DNA of 64,000 nucleotides from Antedon mediterranea (Eukaryota > Animalia > Echinodermata), in assembly GCF_964355755.1 (NCBI RefSeq), contig NC_092675.1, forward strand, positions 5,017,812 to 5,081,811. The letters run 5' to 3'. Below, piece by piece: positions 1 to 15,875 of this stretch. The position numbers and the translations under genes were made by a program. The stretch's first letter is position 1. Each line of letters opens with the position of its first letter. Below the pieces are notes generated by a model, which had not been told where the DNA came from, did no database searches, and worked only from the letters and a program-made list of their open reading frames with translations.

Positions 1-3000
1 ATTGCTGAACGAGTTTAAAAAATGTTCTGTTTTTTAGTAATTTATAGCAGAAACTTAACCGAACAATTATATGTTCGTTTCTTTTTACCGTATTTGTTCT
101 AGATTAGTGTAACCAAGGGTTGTTAATACATCATCTCAAACACTTTACTTTTTAATTCAAGTACAAAGAATTCATCGACTATTGAAAACATATTTTTAGA
201 AAATCTTTTATTTACTATACATTTCCATTCCAGTGATGCGTGGTGTATTTCAACAATATATGTCACAACTGTACTGTAGAGATTGTTCTTCGTTTGATAT
301 CTACACCTAAATATATACTTTACTTAATACCTGATCGCATAATCTACTCTCAAAACTTGAATATAAGCAAGACAAGTCCTTTGTCAATTGGGAGGGTGTT
401 CTTATAAAACCTAAATCAAAGTCACTGAATCTCTACACTTCATTCCTAATCCAGACACTTATTTTTTATTCCACGACTTTAAACTGCTTCACACATATGA
501 CGTTTGATTAGGGCTTTAATCGTCGCGTGTGTTGATTCAGCATACAGTGCAAATTTGAAAGTAAGTATAAGAGTAAATAATTATTTTAAAGTTCCAAAAA
601 CATACAGCATAAATATGAGATAATAGAACAATAGCAGGAAAGAAAGACAAATGATAAAAGAGAACACAAAAATATTATAAAATATAATTCTTGGTTAAAA
701 GACAAGTTGAAAAGAAACGAAAGAATAACGCAACTATTAACAAATATTGAAAAATTGTAATAGGCTGATTGCGATGTTTTTCAATATATTCTACAACAGT
801 AATTTAGTATTTCGAAAATATTCAACAAAACGATATTTAAATTTGAAAAGATAGGAAAATATTTTAAAAGAAAAAAAAAAACACGACGAAGATAGACACG
901 AGATAGTGAATGTAAAGCAAATATGGAAAAATGAGAACAAATATATTGAATGGAAAGTAGAGATGGAAAATGAATAGCAATGTTGAGAAAAAAAAAAAAA
1001 AAAGCAAAACGAAAATGAGTAATTTTTGATGATAATAAACAACACTGTATCTATTCGTTATTCCTATAACATTTTTTTCTGTGAGAAATGTATCAGAAAA
1101 TGAATATTTATATAGCCAATAATTATTGAGATGAAAAAGACTCGATTGTAAATCTGAGATTTGCTGTTTTTGGATTTCATACCTGTCTAGGTAATTTTTC
1201 ATAATTTTCATTAAAGGAAAATTTCCTTTGTATTGCCGCTAATATTCTTTATATATGAAAGTGTGCGTTGTTTTTCATCAGTGAGTAAGTCGCAGTCTAT
1301 CATTAGTTGTCTGCTAATCGCAAGCGCGCAAACCAGTTCTCACTCTCCTTCTTCTCTTTCTCTTCACACTATTAGCAAAATTGATGTGAATATACAAAAG
1401 TAGGACGGGTGAAATATCCCATCTTCTGATCGATTACAACTTCAAACTCATCAAAGTCATCTAAATATCCAAAAAATATGTCTCATCTTATTACTGAGAT
1501 CAGTGATTGATTCAAAAACATTGAAAAGAAAATGTGTTCGTCAACGCATATTGTAAATGTACTTTGCCCAATCACAAAAAAAAAAAAAAAAAAATCACAT
1601 TTTTTCTTCTTTTTTTTCTCACAGGGTAAGTTAAAAGACATTTAGGTCTACTAGCGTACTATGCCTACTGTACTAACGACGAATTTATTTTTATTTGTGA
1701 CGTTTTGGATTTAATATCAAGGTGTTTATGTCAGTTTCTATGAAATGTATGTTAAATTGACTCTTTGTATTTAAATAATCCATAAAATCAGCTAAGTCTT
1801 AATAAGGCCTAAATTAATAATGTAAATAATACAAACGTCATCAATAACAATTGGTAAAATAATAGTAAAATGGAGTTTTATGATGTCAGGGAATAAGACG
1901 AACTTCTGTTTAATGTTGTGAATGTGAAGGATTTAAACCTTACATATTATCTTAAAATGAATAATGTTTTATGTACTGTTTGAAATTACGATCTAATTAA
2001 TATTTAATTTGTTAGGACTTTAGAAAAGCGGTCGAACATCACCCAATGGACGTCAGCGGTTTTGCCGTAAGGTAGTAAATCACATATGTTATTGACAAAT
2101 GCAACCAACGATGACAATATTGCATAAAAACAAGTAAAAAGGAGATATCCATTACTATGTTGTTGATCTTAAACAGCGCCCCCTAACGACTGACCTGGTA
2201 AGTGGGCTTATTGTGTATTAAAACATCTTTAAAGTGTTATTCTGTGGATTAATACTTATCATTGTATTTATACAGAAACTAATATTTAGATTTATGAAAT
2301 TATTAGTTATATAGATTAATATGTACTCAATTAGAATATCTATTTTGAAAGTTTGGACTACAAATTCGTTGTTTTGCGTAAATTAGAAAAACTGAAAAAA
2401 AAATCATTGCGTGATGGAAATTTGTCATTCACGGGACGTAACTCAGGTGTGTTATAGTTGTCTGTCTGAAGAGAAAAACAGAAACACTTGAATTCCACTA
2501 AGTATTATTCTGTGACCTGAATAGAATTAAAGATTTAAATACTCGGCCGACTTTTGACCACATCCTGAAGAGACTCTAACGAAATATTCTTGAAAAAAGC
2601 AAGTAATGAAATAAGGTCATAATTTTTAACACAGGGATTAGATACGATTACTGTTTGTATACAATTCTTTAAAAATCAACTATTTAGTAGGTGAAGTTAC
2701 ATAAACAAATAACAAAGAACCGCTACCAAAAATAGGTTACACGCGAAATATGGAGAGAATATCAAAGTCAAGGTTAAAATCACTGATATGTACACGTACA
2801 AAAAATAAACCAAATAACCATTGGAATGTTTACTATCAACCCAACCTCAATAAATACAATGAGTTGAATAGATAATGAACTTCATAATAGTTTGAACGCT
2901 TTATGAAAAACGAATTGACTTTAAAACACGTAGGTCTTTACAGTAAATAGAAGTAAAACACATCAATGAACAATCGAATTTTGTTTATAAGAATGTAACA

Positions 3001-4162
3001 TTTCGTTTTCCATTTAAATGGTAAACCATTTTGAAATGAACTAAATTTTGATATCATCGGTATATGTTGAGACACAGTTGATCTAATAATAAACTAGGAT
3101 ATCTAGGTCGAGATTACAAAGCTTAATGGAACAAAACTCACTTAATGCCTTTTCCTATCCACAGGTTTTAAAATCTTTCAATTCATCCACTATCCGTTAT
3201 TATCACCCATGAATTTGTTTATTTCCAACGTTCAACAAATCTAGGATATTGTTAGGCGTTTTTGTCTAGTCCGTCTAATGAATCGCTCGTTATAGTTGTT
3301 TTACAAATACAATCCTGTTGTATTGTCAAAGTTCCAATTTTAGTTTAAAATAGTTAAATCTTCAATTCAGGTCATGTTGACATACATAAACGTTTTGTTG
3401 AAATAAAATTACTCTCAATACTAAACTGTACTATCATTTACACCATTATATTTTAGTTCTAAGCTTGAAACACACAATCAATTTGTGTTCGTTTATTATA
3501 ATTATAAAGTACTGTTGATAGACCGAACCTTACGGCTAAAGTGAAGGATGTTTGCGTATAAACGCGATATCTAATACTTTGTAAACTCGACATTACGCAC
3601 GGCGAGTGTTAGGATGAAAGCTAACTTACTGGTAAAACAAACCTAAGTTTGTGTACATAGTTGAAAAATAATGTTAAGGCTTACTGGCGAAGTTTATGTC
3701 ACTCAACTGTATATATACCTTGACCCGTTTCCACGACCCTTTTCAATTTCATTTATTGGTCTGAAATCAAGCGTTGTCTACCGAGTCTATTGGAAACAAA
3801 AATGACAAAAAAATATATAAATGCAAGAAAAATTTCTGATTAAACCGCCATGCAGTAGTGACAATAAAATGGTAAATGCAATACTTAAAATTAAGCTGAT
3901 GACTTTTCTAAAGTCACATTTTCGTGTCTGATATTAGGCAGAAACGATTAACATAGAATGCTTTTTCAGGTTTCAAGATTAGCTTGAAAATAATAAGAAT
4001 AGAAATATGTGAAAGTTTAACGATAATGGTAGTTTGCAAAAATACAATACATATTTCTATTTAATTTAGACTACATTTTGGAGCAACAAACACAGTTGTA
4101 GTTGCTACAGTGTATGCCCGTAAGTCTGTTCAACCAAAACAATTATACATCTGCGACATTTA

Positions 4163-4163
<1 letters not shown>

Positions 4164-4193
<30 letters not shown>
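4164..4193. repeat. (TTA)n microsatellite
   Basis: About 10 perfect TTA units. Confidence 0.9.
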
Positions 4194-4194
<1 letters not shown>

Positions 4195-4486
4195 ACGGTT
4201 ATAATTGTTTATGATTTTTAGATTTAGTGCAATTTTTCAGTTTTCTGAAGTTGAAATTTTCTTGGTGTTAAATGTAAGAAAGGTATTATTTATACTAACT
4301 TTGACATAGTAAATTAAAGAAAAACTATTATATGATTATGTTTAAAAGATTGGAAAGCAATCTTAGGCCTACTACCGGCGACACGAAGGATACATTTTCA
4401 TCCAATCTTGCATATTTCTTATCGCCTAGTTTAGGCCTAATGGACACTTTCACAAAACAAACATTAAGAAGACATCATTGGAAAGT

Positions 4487-4545
4487 TACAAGTCACCAAA
4501 GTGACAAAATAAGCAAATGTACAAGTCACCAAAGCGACGAATAAA
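4487..4545. repeat. Short tandem duplication (33-bp period)
   Basis: TACAAGTCACCAAAGYGAC occurs twice. Confidence 0.8.
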
Positions 4546-7500
4546 GACAATCATTGGGAAAGACACCAAGAAGTATAGACCCTACTCAAAGAATATTGGG
4601 CAACAGTAGGACGGAAACCAGGGCAGATATTATTAATACAAATATTTCTCTTACTCTTTAAAAAAAATCAAATCAATACCTTCATATATTTTCTAATTAA
4701 AGAATAAATGTAGGCCTATTTGAAATTGCACTAAGAAAAAACTTTTGATTGACTTGAAGATAGATTGAAAATTAAGCCAGGTGATTTGGCGTCCATGGAG
4801 AGTAAAATGTATAGAGCATTGACATGCTGGTCTGTTAATATAGAAGAGAGCTAATGAAATAGATTAAATTCCACAATGATGAAAATGAGTCAAGGTCAAA
4901 CTGAAGATTTCATCTTAGAAAATCTTGAAAACCAAAATAAATTTTGCAATATTGAATATCTGTATGCATAAGACTGTAGTAAACTATACTGTTGCTAAAA
5001 TAATAATTATAGAAGCTACATAATTATTTTAATATATTAATAATATAGTATTTTTAATATATTAAATTGTATTCTTTGACAAAATAATTTCATCATAAAA
5101 ATTAAATTGACCTTGGTAAAAGAAGTATAATGATTGCTTATGTAAATTAAATTCAAATTACTTTTCAATTTTCTTTTTTTTTCTATGTCCAATATAATAT
5201 TAAAAATTTACCAAATATGTTAGCGTGAATAAGAATATCAATATCAGTACTGTATAAATTGATAGAATTATTATTGTAAAAATAACAAATGAAACCATGT
5301 TAACAAGAATAATTTAATAATATTTATTCTTAGAAAGCTGATAAAATAAAAGTGGGACGAATCTACAAAAGGCAAAAAAGTCCAATAAAAAAACCTTAAC
5401 AAATTAATATTATCCATATCGAAGACATAATCTATTTTAATGTTAATAATTGTATTTGTATTATGTTTTTTTTACAATTTTTTTCATTTTTATGATTAAT
5501 TTGTAGTTGTTTGAAAGGAACACATTGCTTAAAAAAACACTTTTTGTTTACAAATTGAAATATGTATATGCGTTACAGACTTGAACATAGATGAAAAGCG
5601 AATATTATTTGGAAATGTGTTCAAAATGAAAGTAGTTTATTGTACATAGGCCTTTTTATTTCTATAAAAAATGTAGAATGATGTAATGAGGAACGAAACA
5701 TGATGGATTGATTGAGTGATTAATTGAAATCTTGATTTTCTACTTCTGACATTTTTACTTTACTAACAGTTGGCATGCGATTTTAGTAGTCGCACTAGGC
5801 CTATATATCTAGATTTATTATGCGAACTTTAGATTTCAGATAAGTCTCAGTCTACTCAGTCTAATTACTACTTTATCTTTTCTTGCCAACAGGTATTTAT
5901 ATAAAGTTGTTTTCCAACAACAATTCATTAATCAAAAAAATTAAATAAACATGTAATGCAATTTCGTCTATTTTAATTTGATTCAGCAACCCAAAAAAGT
6001 AAGTGCTAAAAGTAAGAGTGAATAAAACATTATGTAGGCCTAAAGATATTATTATTTTTAGGCGTATTGTCATTAATTTGTAAATTGAGTTTTTTAAGGA
6101 GTTTACATTTAAAAAACTTATTCATTGGAATGAAAATGGAAATCTCTTCATTTTCTTGTTCACATGTCTATTTTATTGGTTGGGTTTTTGGTTGAATTTA
6201 GAACCGTTTATTTTGTCATTTTATACTGAAAATATTTTTTTTTCTACGTAAGTGATTAACTTTGTTGAAACTACAAAATGGTCTATTCAAAGTCTGATTT
6301 TATTCATAATTTTTCATGTTTTAAAGTGAAAAAGTAATATTGTATTTGAATTGTAATAATATATCACGGGTGTAACATGGTATTTATCCATAAAAATATT
6401 AAAATGAAAAATAATTAAACTTTAGTTAAGACAATAATGTAATTATCTTCAGGAAAGCTTGTCTTCCCATTGTTTTGGGAACGCCATCCTGAAAATAAAA
6501 TCTGCATATAATAATATGCATAGGCCTATAGAAAATGTCGTAACAATGGTATAATCAATCTTCTATTATTCGATTACATTCCAAACCTGTTGTAGCTACA
6601 CTTAGCACACATAACTAATCCTTAAAATAATTATTCTTTTGTAAATTAAAATTTTTATTTAGAATCTAATCTCTCCAGACAATCTGTATAAAAAGAGTTT
6701 CTATTTTATGTTTTTATGCATTTATTTTAAAACAAAAGAAAGTATACCATCATTAGCGCGCGGGTCGAACCAACAACTCATAATTGAAAATGTTAATTGA
6801 TAGCAAATGTGTTGGATAGGTAGATATGCTTTCAATTATTAGATTCTGAATAGCGTTACAGGTATTCTGTTTCAACCAAACAAACATTTACACAAACTTA
6901 TGTGATGAAAGATCAATTTCATTGGAACAGTTTTATATCGAAGTATTATATTACAATAGGCGTTGTGACGGGTGATATCAAGCTAAACTACTTCAAATCC
7001 TGTGCAAACAAATGATTCAATTAAAAACTACACTTCGTTTAGCCAGACCAACACGTTAGTTATCATGACTGACAAACGTTAGGAAATCAACTTGCCTCCT
7101 ATGAATAATACAAAAGAAATTTGATTGTTGTATTAATTGTAACTGTAATTTCTCTAGCATGTATGTAGGCCTATGTCTATATCATACAGCCCTATAATAA
7201 TCTAAGGTAAAATGATAATAACATTTTTAGTTATACTCTGAACTAATGTCTATCGCCTAAAATACATATACATTATTACAACATCCATAATATTATAGCT
7301 GAAATATAGATTAGAACATAGTATTTTTGCAGGGATTGTGCAAGGTACAAGGGCCTACTCTAAAGACAACACAATTTGAAATCCCCAATCATATTAAAGG
7401 TATTATGAGCCCTCGATATTTATAATTAATTATTGTTTATTATGTTAATAATTAGGTTTAATTCTTAATTTTTATCTTACTAAATTTTACCGTCTTGATT

Positions 7501-10500
7501 TGAAATAATTTTTGATCACCGAGACTGAGAGTGAAGCGTTCAAAGTGGACATACGCCATCTATACTTGATACTGTAACCTTTCTTCTTGAACCACACAAC
7601 TCGTGATTATACAGATGTATACGTGCAGAGTCAAGTCAATGGCAAACTGTACAATAACTATCTAACTATAAAAGTTTTGTATCGTTGCAGGTACATCCAA
7701 AATATGTAAAATGTAATTAAAGATAAAATATGATATGTTATTATATGTCTGTATTATATTTCAGATCAAGAAATTATACAGGCACTATTAATAATGCAAG
7801 GATTCATTTGCTTGCTATTTGGTATCATGGCGCAGAACATTGACGAATTAACTAACATTAATACGTTTACAAATAAATACTCTTCTCCTATTATGGTATA
7901 ATCATTCATAATATAATTTAATTTATTATCCTATAATCAAGTTTCATTTAAAAAAACAGTTAGGCCTAATTCGATCTCAAATTAAAAACAATTAAGATTA
8001 CTTTGAAAGTAAATAATGCTAAGTGAATGATTGAATTAATACATTTTTGATACATGTTATAAGATAGTTTTCATCAAACAATTAAGTCAATAATAATAAA
8101 GTAATAGTGACATATATCGATTTCGTAATTCATGACTTTTCCTGTTCAAATTCGTTTCAATGTAACTGATAGTAGCTGTCACTTGTATTAGGTCATCGCA
8201 GCTAAGTCTTCAAGTATTTTAAATCGTATTATCAAATTCACCCTTACAAGGCCTACTTGGAGACAGTATTTCAATCTATGAATCAAATGGAGTACATTAT
8301 TAATATTCCTTAATAGTCAAACGCCCAGTGTTGAAGATAGGCTCAATGAAATAATACGCACACTATTAGCATGTAATCCATGGAATTATATCATATCAAG
8401 TTCCACCGATAATATCAAATATATGCTACATAAATATAATATAAATATTTAAATCAATAATAACCTCTATAATTTCTTAGAATTTCAACAATAAATTAAA
8501 ATATTCGTTTAACCGGCATTAGCAATTAATGTTAAACCCACTGTTACATGTCCTATAACTATAATTGCGTTAGACAACATTACTAATACCGTTCAGACGT
8601 ACAGAATGTGTTACATGGTACCGTAATTTAAGAAAGGTCAACTGGCCATACATAAATAAAACAGAATACTAAATGCTCTGCAACATATAATATCCTATCA
8701 CAGGAGAGCTTTAGTATTAATATATGTAATATATTCATCGATTATTCAGCAATGTTCATATTAGACTGCGTACATAATAATCTAATTATTTATGTGAATA
8801 TTGGTACATTATAATTATGAATATTGTTGTCATTGCTATCGACGTTGACATAATAATGATATTGATATGTTATATTTTTCGACTGTCACAATAAAATTTC
8901 AAATTGAAAATAATGTACTGTGCTTTTAAAAGAAATAATTATTATATAAAATGTTTAAATCAATGGTTCTATTCTATGATGGCGTACCTTAAAAACAATG
9001 CATTCCTGTTTATATATAATATTATCAAATATCTATCTGCATATTCGTTATGATTTTATTTGAATTAAAAATACTGAAATAGCCTTAATAGATTCTGTAG
9101 GCCTAACATCTTACAAATCGTATTCGCATTATATTGTATATTACTGTGTATAGCGCAAAACAAAAATGATCTAAAACACTGCAGTATGGTTGGTATTTTA
9201 CATGGCGACATACAATCTAAACAAGGTTTGTGTTGCAATATTATGTACTTTCCATAATGGAGACCAAGAGACAAATTAGTGCAAATGTCGAACTTATTCA
9301 CACGGTTACAGACGCCCAATAAGGAAGAACATGTGTTTATATAATGTACAGAAGTGAAAATATTGGGTTTAACATGATGTAATATTATTCCCCTGGTTGT
9401 GTCTGGATAGAATCGAGTTTATTTGACCCATCAATGCTCTTTCCAATATAATTATGTAATGTTAATAACAAGGCCAATTATAACTATTCGAATCATTCAA
9501 ACACATTCCGTATTATATATACACTTATGACAAAATATCTTCATTTCAATAAAGTCACAGTCTACAGTCTATTTATTATCTTCTTATTAATTTATTTATA
9601 TGGAAATTTTATAGCTCGTATATACTTTGTACTTTTAAGTTGGTCTTAATTATTTATTATCTAATTATATAAATTTAGGGGCGGCTTTCGTTTATTCTTA
9701 CAGATTTCCTCAAAATAACCGTTTATAAACTAAAACCAATTAATTGTGTCACAGTATCACTTGGCGATTTGAGTTTCTCTGCCTGTTAATATATTGCAGA
9801 TAAACGTCCTTCTCACGTTCAGAAGATGCATGAAAATGCAATTTCGATTGCGTAATACATCGCAAAGCAATAAAACAAATACGAAAAATCAAAGAATGTA
9901 TACATAAAAAAGTATACATTATTATCAGTTTGCAACTCACGAGTTTCGCCATTCAATATTTACGTCACAAACGTAGCTTAGACATTAAACTAGAATAATT
10001 TCATAGAATATAAGATAAATTCACATCACGAAAATAAAATCGTTTAAAAATTCAAAACACAGACTGTAATAAAAGCATGATAAGATAATAAAATAATAAT
10101 AAAAACAAGCAGTTTTTAAAACTATGTTATTAATATTTGTAATTTAGCATCATTGTATATTATTTTTATTATTGATGTTCTTCTGATGATTATCTATCGT
10201 CATTATTAGTACTATTTTTAATTATTTTGGGTTGGTATCTATTCTTTTCCAGTCGACGTAGTACGAATTGTCATTTTAGTTATATGATTTTAAGCCACTG
10301 TATTTATATCCGATTGTTCCCTGCACGCCATTTTGTGATGCCAGATTACAAGTACTTAGTTCAGTTAAAAAGCGTATCATTTTGTTGTCATCAATCTGTT
10401 ATAGTTTGTCGCACTTAAACTAAGGTTTAAAATGACCTTTTTATTACAGATACACTGTCTTATACTGAATCTTCATAAAACTACATATAAATGTATACAC

Positions 10501-13500
10501 TATACAGTTTTAGTAAATTAACATCACATAGGCCTACACCCGAATTTTAACTTTTACTTCAGTTCAAATTGAGTTCCACTATTTCTATCTGCATATTGGC
10601 CGAATGGATTTATTTTTTCTTTCTTTCTTGTCTAATTTAAAATAATTGTAGTAGTTTAATGATTAAAATATAACTAGCTACCAAAAGTTATATTAGCGAC
10701 ACTGCATCTTTAATAAAAAGTTCTTCCTCATAATGTTTACGTACCTTTTTTCTTTCATCTTAATATATTTCAGCATCTGAAAATAAATTAAGACAATTTA
10801 GAATAATCCTCCTACTTATTGCATTTCATAATAATGTGTGAAAAGATACTATAGAAAACCGATATATGGCAAGTCCTATATCAAAATTTACTTTAACTTC
10901 AACGAAATCGAGAAAATCAAAATAAATATTAACATTATTTTCCTTACTACATTATCATAATATTTCTAACTATAATTATCATAAATAATAATGATAATAA
11001 AAATCAGCATCATTATAATTATTTATAATCATTTTCAATTTCTAATCATTAAATTGATGTAAGACTTTTTACAGTTTTATATACATATGTCTACAGATTA
11101 GTTTAGGACAAAGCTCTCGCGGTATTTTTTCTTTTTTGTTTAGCGACAGCTGAATTGGTCGGCAAAGATAAAAGAACAATTTGAAGTGCTTAGGTAACTA
11201 AAATACTAAATGGAACATTAATAGTCTAAAAACAAAGTACATACAACTACATATGTATATCGGCACCCTTACGCATAATTAAAGTATAGAGTGTGTATCA
11301 CTAATGTGGCACGAACTAAACATTGCGTTTCATTTAATTTTATAGTTATAAACATCTTCGAAAACAAGATAATAAATTCGTTTTTTAGCCTAAACATGGA
11401 GTGTGCTTATTATTCTATCATTTAAATTAGACTCGACAAGAAAAGCTATTCAAATTATATGGTACCATCCAATGTTTGGATCGAAATATAAATCACTCAT
11501 CTTTTTATTTTATCAAAAAATCTTCTTCACGACGTAAAATCGAATATGGTCAACTACTATTTAAAGATACGATAATAATTCAGCGCCAGACTGACCAACC
11601 CTATCACAACCATTTTTCATTAACAACCTAGGTTTAGTTATATGAACCTAAGGCATCGCAGCATAGTTCAAACAATATGAAGAATAATTGATTTTCTTAT
11701 TGATTCTATTCAATTAATTTGATTGCCTACTTCTGATATTCATCAACATTAGTGACTATATAAATTAACCAGTAGACTTATTACACTAATTTAATATCAA
11801 CATAGTTTGGATTTTCCTTTTCTAAGTTTCTGATGATTGATTATCACGAATAAACAAACATTTTCGTTTAAATCAATTCTGTATTATAGGCGTCGGCTAT
11901 AATTCAATTTCAAAATAATGTTTTTCTTTATTACAAAAAAAATTCTTCGTCTTTTTTATTATATTTTTTCCATTTACGATCACATTAATTCTCAAATAAA
12001 ATTTAATGTAAAATAAGTTACTCATTTCTTTAAACCAAAACGAGTTCAAATTAGCCTGTTCTTAAACTTTTGACAATTTCTTTATAATACTGGTACGTTT
12101 ACAATAAATGGCCTTTGTCTCAGCAAAGTCACCTTTTAAGATAAATCAACGTTTAGCAAAGTGATTGGAATCTACTCGTTTTTTTTTCTAATCCGTTGTC
12201 ATGGATTCTGAAAGGTGATAGAAAGATTAATGTGGACACTCTTCTTGAACTTAATTGTGTTATTAGCCCGTATGTTATGTGTAATTTTTGCTTTACTGTA
12301 TTTTAAAATAAAATAGAAATATTTGGGATATTTATCTTATCCGTATTCTAAATAATTTCTACTACCTTTTTGTGAATTATACGCTGTGTGTTAATGCTTT
12401 TATTCGCCATTATGTTATACCTTAGATATTTATTTATCCAAAACACATTTACATTACACATTGTATATGATATAATAACAATTTCATATTCGTCATTATA
12501 TCAGAAGACGACAAAAAGACATTATGTGCCTGGTATACAGTGCCGAGGGATTGCTATGCACACATTAAAGTATCATTTACTTGATTATGAATGTAATGAT
12601 CAGTTAGTAAAACAATAATCTAGAATAACATAAAATGCATACATTTGATGTACTCGCGATTATAAAGCCATCACAATAAATAACAATATTTACAATTGTT
12701 GTCAATTTTAGGAAGAAATCAATAAAATGTGAGACCCAAATTTTGACACAATCTTTGTTTTTATTCCGTAAGGATAAACATGTTAAAAAATCGAATGCTT
12801 TAGATTTTAAATTATTAAGAAAAGCTATCGTAATAACCAACGCCTTCATTCAATATTCCACACATTTGTGTACAGTATTTGTAAATAGGAATTATCATTA
12901 TTTTTGAAAATCCACTTTAATTTGAAAGTCTTATAGACAATTATATAATAGTAACTTGAAAAGATTTGTACACATTTTCAGTTTGTGTGCACATAATACT
13001 GTATCATGAGAGAATATTTATCTTAAATAATTAAACTTGAAACTTATTTTATAGTTGTACACTCATAATGAGTTGATGGAAGACACGGTAAATACGACCT
13101 TGCCATTTAGTATTCATCCATTAGATAAATTTGCAACTAAAATATCATAACAACAATTTCACATATTACAGAAGATCATTTACACAATAAAATGAAAATA
13201 TCTTGTCCTTGAATTTTAATTGGCCAAATTATGAATCTTGGTTTGTTATATCATAGCACTATTTACTATCAAAGTCCACTATTTTTTACTGTTGCAGTCT
13301 TAGCTAGCCGACGTTTGCTGCTTAGTAAATGGAAAAGCGACTCTGCCATTTCTGGTAAAATATTTGTTTAAATGAAACCATACCACCTTCAAATTGACAA
13401 ACATCTTTTAAAATACACAAATATGGGTTTAATTAATTTATTTTTTCAGACCATATTCGTTGAAAGCTTTAGTGCTAGTGGTAAAATAATGAGCTTTTCA

Positions 13501-15120
13501 TACTGTCAGTAAAGTTAGGTATTTCAACATTTTTGTTATTGTTAAAAGTGTGCATGTTTCCAATACATTTATTTGGATAATGAAAAAGGTAAAATGGTAA
13601 TTTATAACATTTCTAAAGTAGAAATTAACTAGTTCAGAACAAACAACTTTGTTGTATAAATGCTCACTGAATTCAAACGGTTCACTAACTTCTTACAAAT
13701 CTTTCAAAAGCACGTATTTTGGAAAGCAATGAATCTTTAATGGCAGTCAGTAAACTCACTCGTTTATCATTTCACTTTAGTTTACTTCTCTCAAAATAAT
13801 ATGTGAAGAAACAAAGAAAACCAGAATGATTCAAATGAAAGCAATACAAAGTTAACTTTACTTGGAATTATTCTTTCAATAGTGAAGAAACTTTACTTTC
13901 ATTAGTAAGATTCTATGTGAATTAATATATGTATATTGTTTATTAGTAATTTGTTTGTAAGTGGATAAAGAAAAACAATATTTGAGGAGAGGACATGGAC
14001 CAAGTATCTTTTTATGAATCGTCTAAGGAGAGCTTGTTAAAGTACAGTGACTATCACAATAAGTGCTCCAAACACGTTAAGTGCATTTATTATATATATG
14101 AACTATTTATCTTTTCAATTAGTTTGTCTTTTGTAATTTGAAAAAAGAGTGTACGCCAACCAAGCAAAGACACTCAATTACATTACAATTTTCTTCACTT
14201 AATTGAAGGAACAATCCCAAACATGAAGTAAGCCGTACAGCCTTCGCTCCTAATCCAGCGGTACAATACAGAACAACCACAAAACAATTTGAGATCTCAT
14301 TCTATCGAATATGTTTCCTTAAAGCCATCTTTAGTTTGACTTTTGACCATGACTTGCGTAAGTTAGATAACCTTGATTTGTTTGGTAAACAAAACTAAAA
14401 AAAAATTGGATTTTAAAGTCCTAACATTTACAAATAGTTTTTATTGTAACTTCCATTTACTGTTAAGATGACATTTCACGGTGTTTTGAACTTGAAATAG
14501 TTAACGGTTGCTCTCAGGAAATAAAACCCGACCTAATTAGTAACTTTTTATTCTTTTATTTAATTTTATACAGAAATAACAGATAAAACGATAATTCTTC
14601 GCCAGAAATAACTCACGTCTGTGAATACCATAACAATGATTACATAGAGCAGTTAAGTCGATAAAGATATTACGCTTAGTATAATACAGAAATAATCTCC
14701 AAAATCTGATAGAACGCTGAGAGGCAAAACTTGGAGATGAAGGGAAACATGTTAACGTTTTAGCCAGGCCTAACATAACCTTGACATTCGTCGAGATAAG
14801 CAAAGTCCGCGACAACTGCTCATCTTATGTTTGTAGTTATCTAGACATGCTATAGAATATACTGCCCTTTATCTCACCTAAAAAATGTACTTTTGAGTAA
14901 AATGAGTTTGAGTTTATACTAAAAGACAAATTATTTGATTTTAGCTAAAATAAGTACATTAATATATAAATTATGCTACATAAATGTAATGTTATTAATG
15001 TATTCTTCAAAATTTAGATATTTCCAAGCTCGCGTAAACTAATCATAATAGCAACAAAAGCCTATCTTTAAGCTGTATTTTATTTAATAAAATATGTAAT
15101 TCTACATTTAATATAAAAAC

Positions 15121-15565
15121 GACAAAGCCCAAGACTCTTTTCCATACATTTGGTTACGATATGTTGATGTTTCATAAAAATACTAGTACAAAATCCAGAA
15201 GGGAATATTAATGTAATAATCGGGTAATATTTATGGTAAGCATAATACAAAATGAATGTAGACCCAATATGTGGGCTTCACATTAATTACAATATTCATG
15301 TAATACACTACTTTCTAACAAATTTAAATATAATTCGATTTAGTTTTAAATACTGTATTTATGAATGTGAAATATGAGGTAAGGTGTAGAATATAAAGGT
15401 AGGTATATAGACAATATAGATATTCCTAATAGTAATATGAGGACAAAATCCAAGACTCTTTTCCATACATTTGGTTACGATATGTTGATGTTTCATAAAA
15501 ATACTAGTACAAAATCAGGGAATATTAATGTAATAATCGTGTAATAATTATGGTAAGCATAATAC
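15121..15565. repeat. Direct duplication of about 125 bp (15121-15248 and 15442-15565)
   Basis: CCAAGACTCTTTTCCATACATTTGGTTACGATATGTTGATG...GGTAAGCATAATAC is present twice with few differences. Confidence 0.92.
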
Positions 15566-15875
15566 TATATATATTACAATAATAATATATATTATTCTAA
15601 ATATATTTTTTAGTATACCCTTTTACATATGTTTTATTATACCTAAACAGTTTAATTGTAATTTCAAATAATACAAACAATTGAATGTGTTATTTGCGTC
15701 TATAATACTAAGTTTATAAGTGCATTGCAAATAAAACTGATTAACAACTGCTTCAATAATAGGCCTACTATATGAATAATCAAATAATGTATGTTTGTGT
15801 TGTATTAAATTCCCTAAATGTATTGTATTCGTTAGCTTCAACTAAAGCAATACAAATCAAAACACTATTATAATC

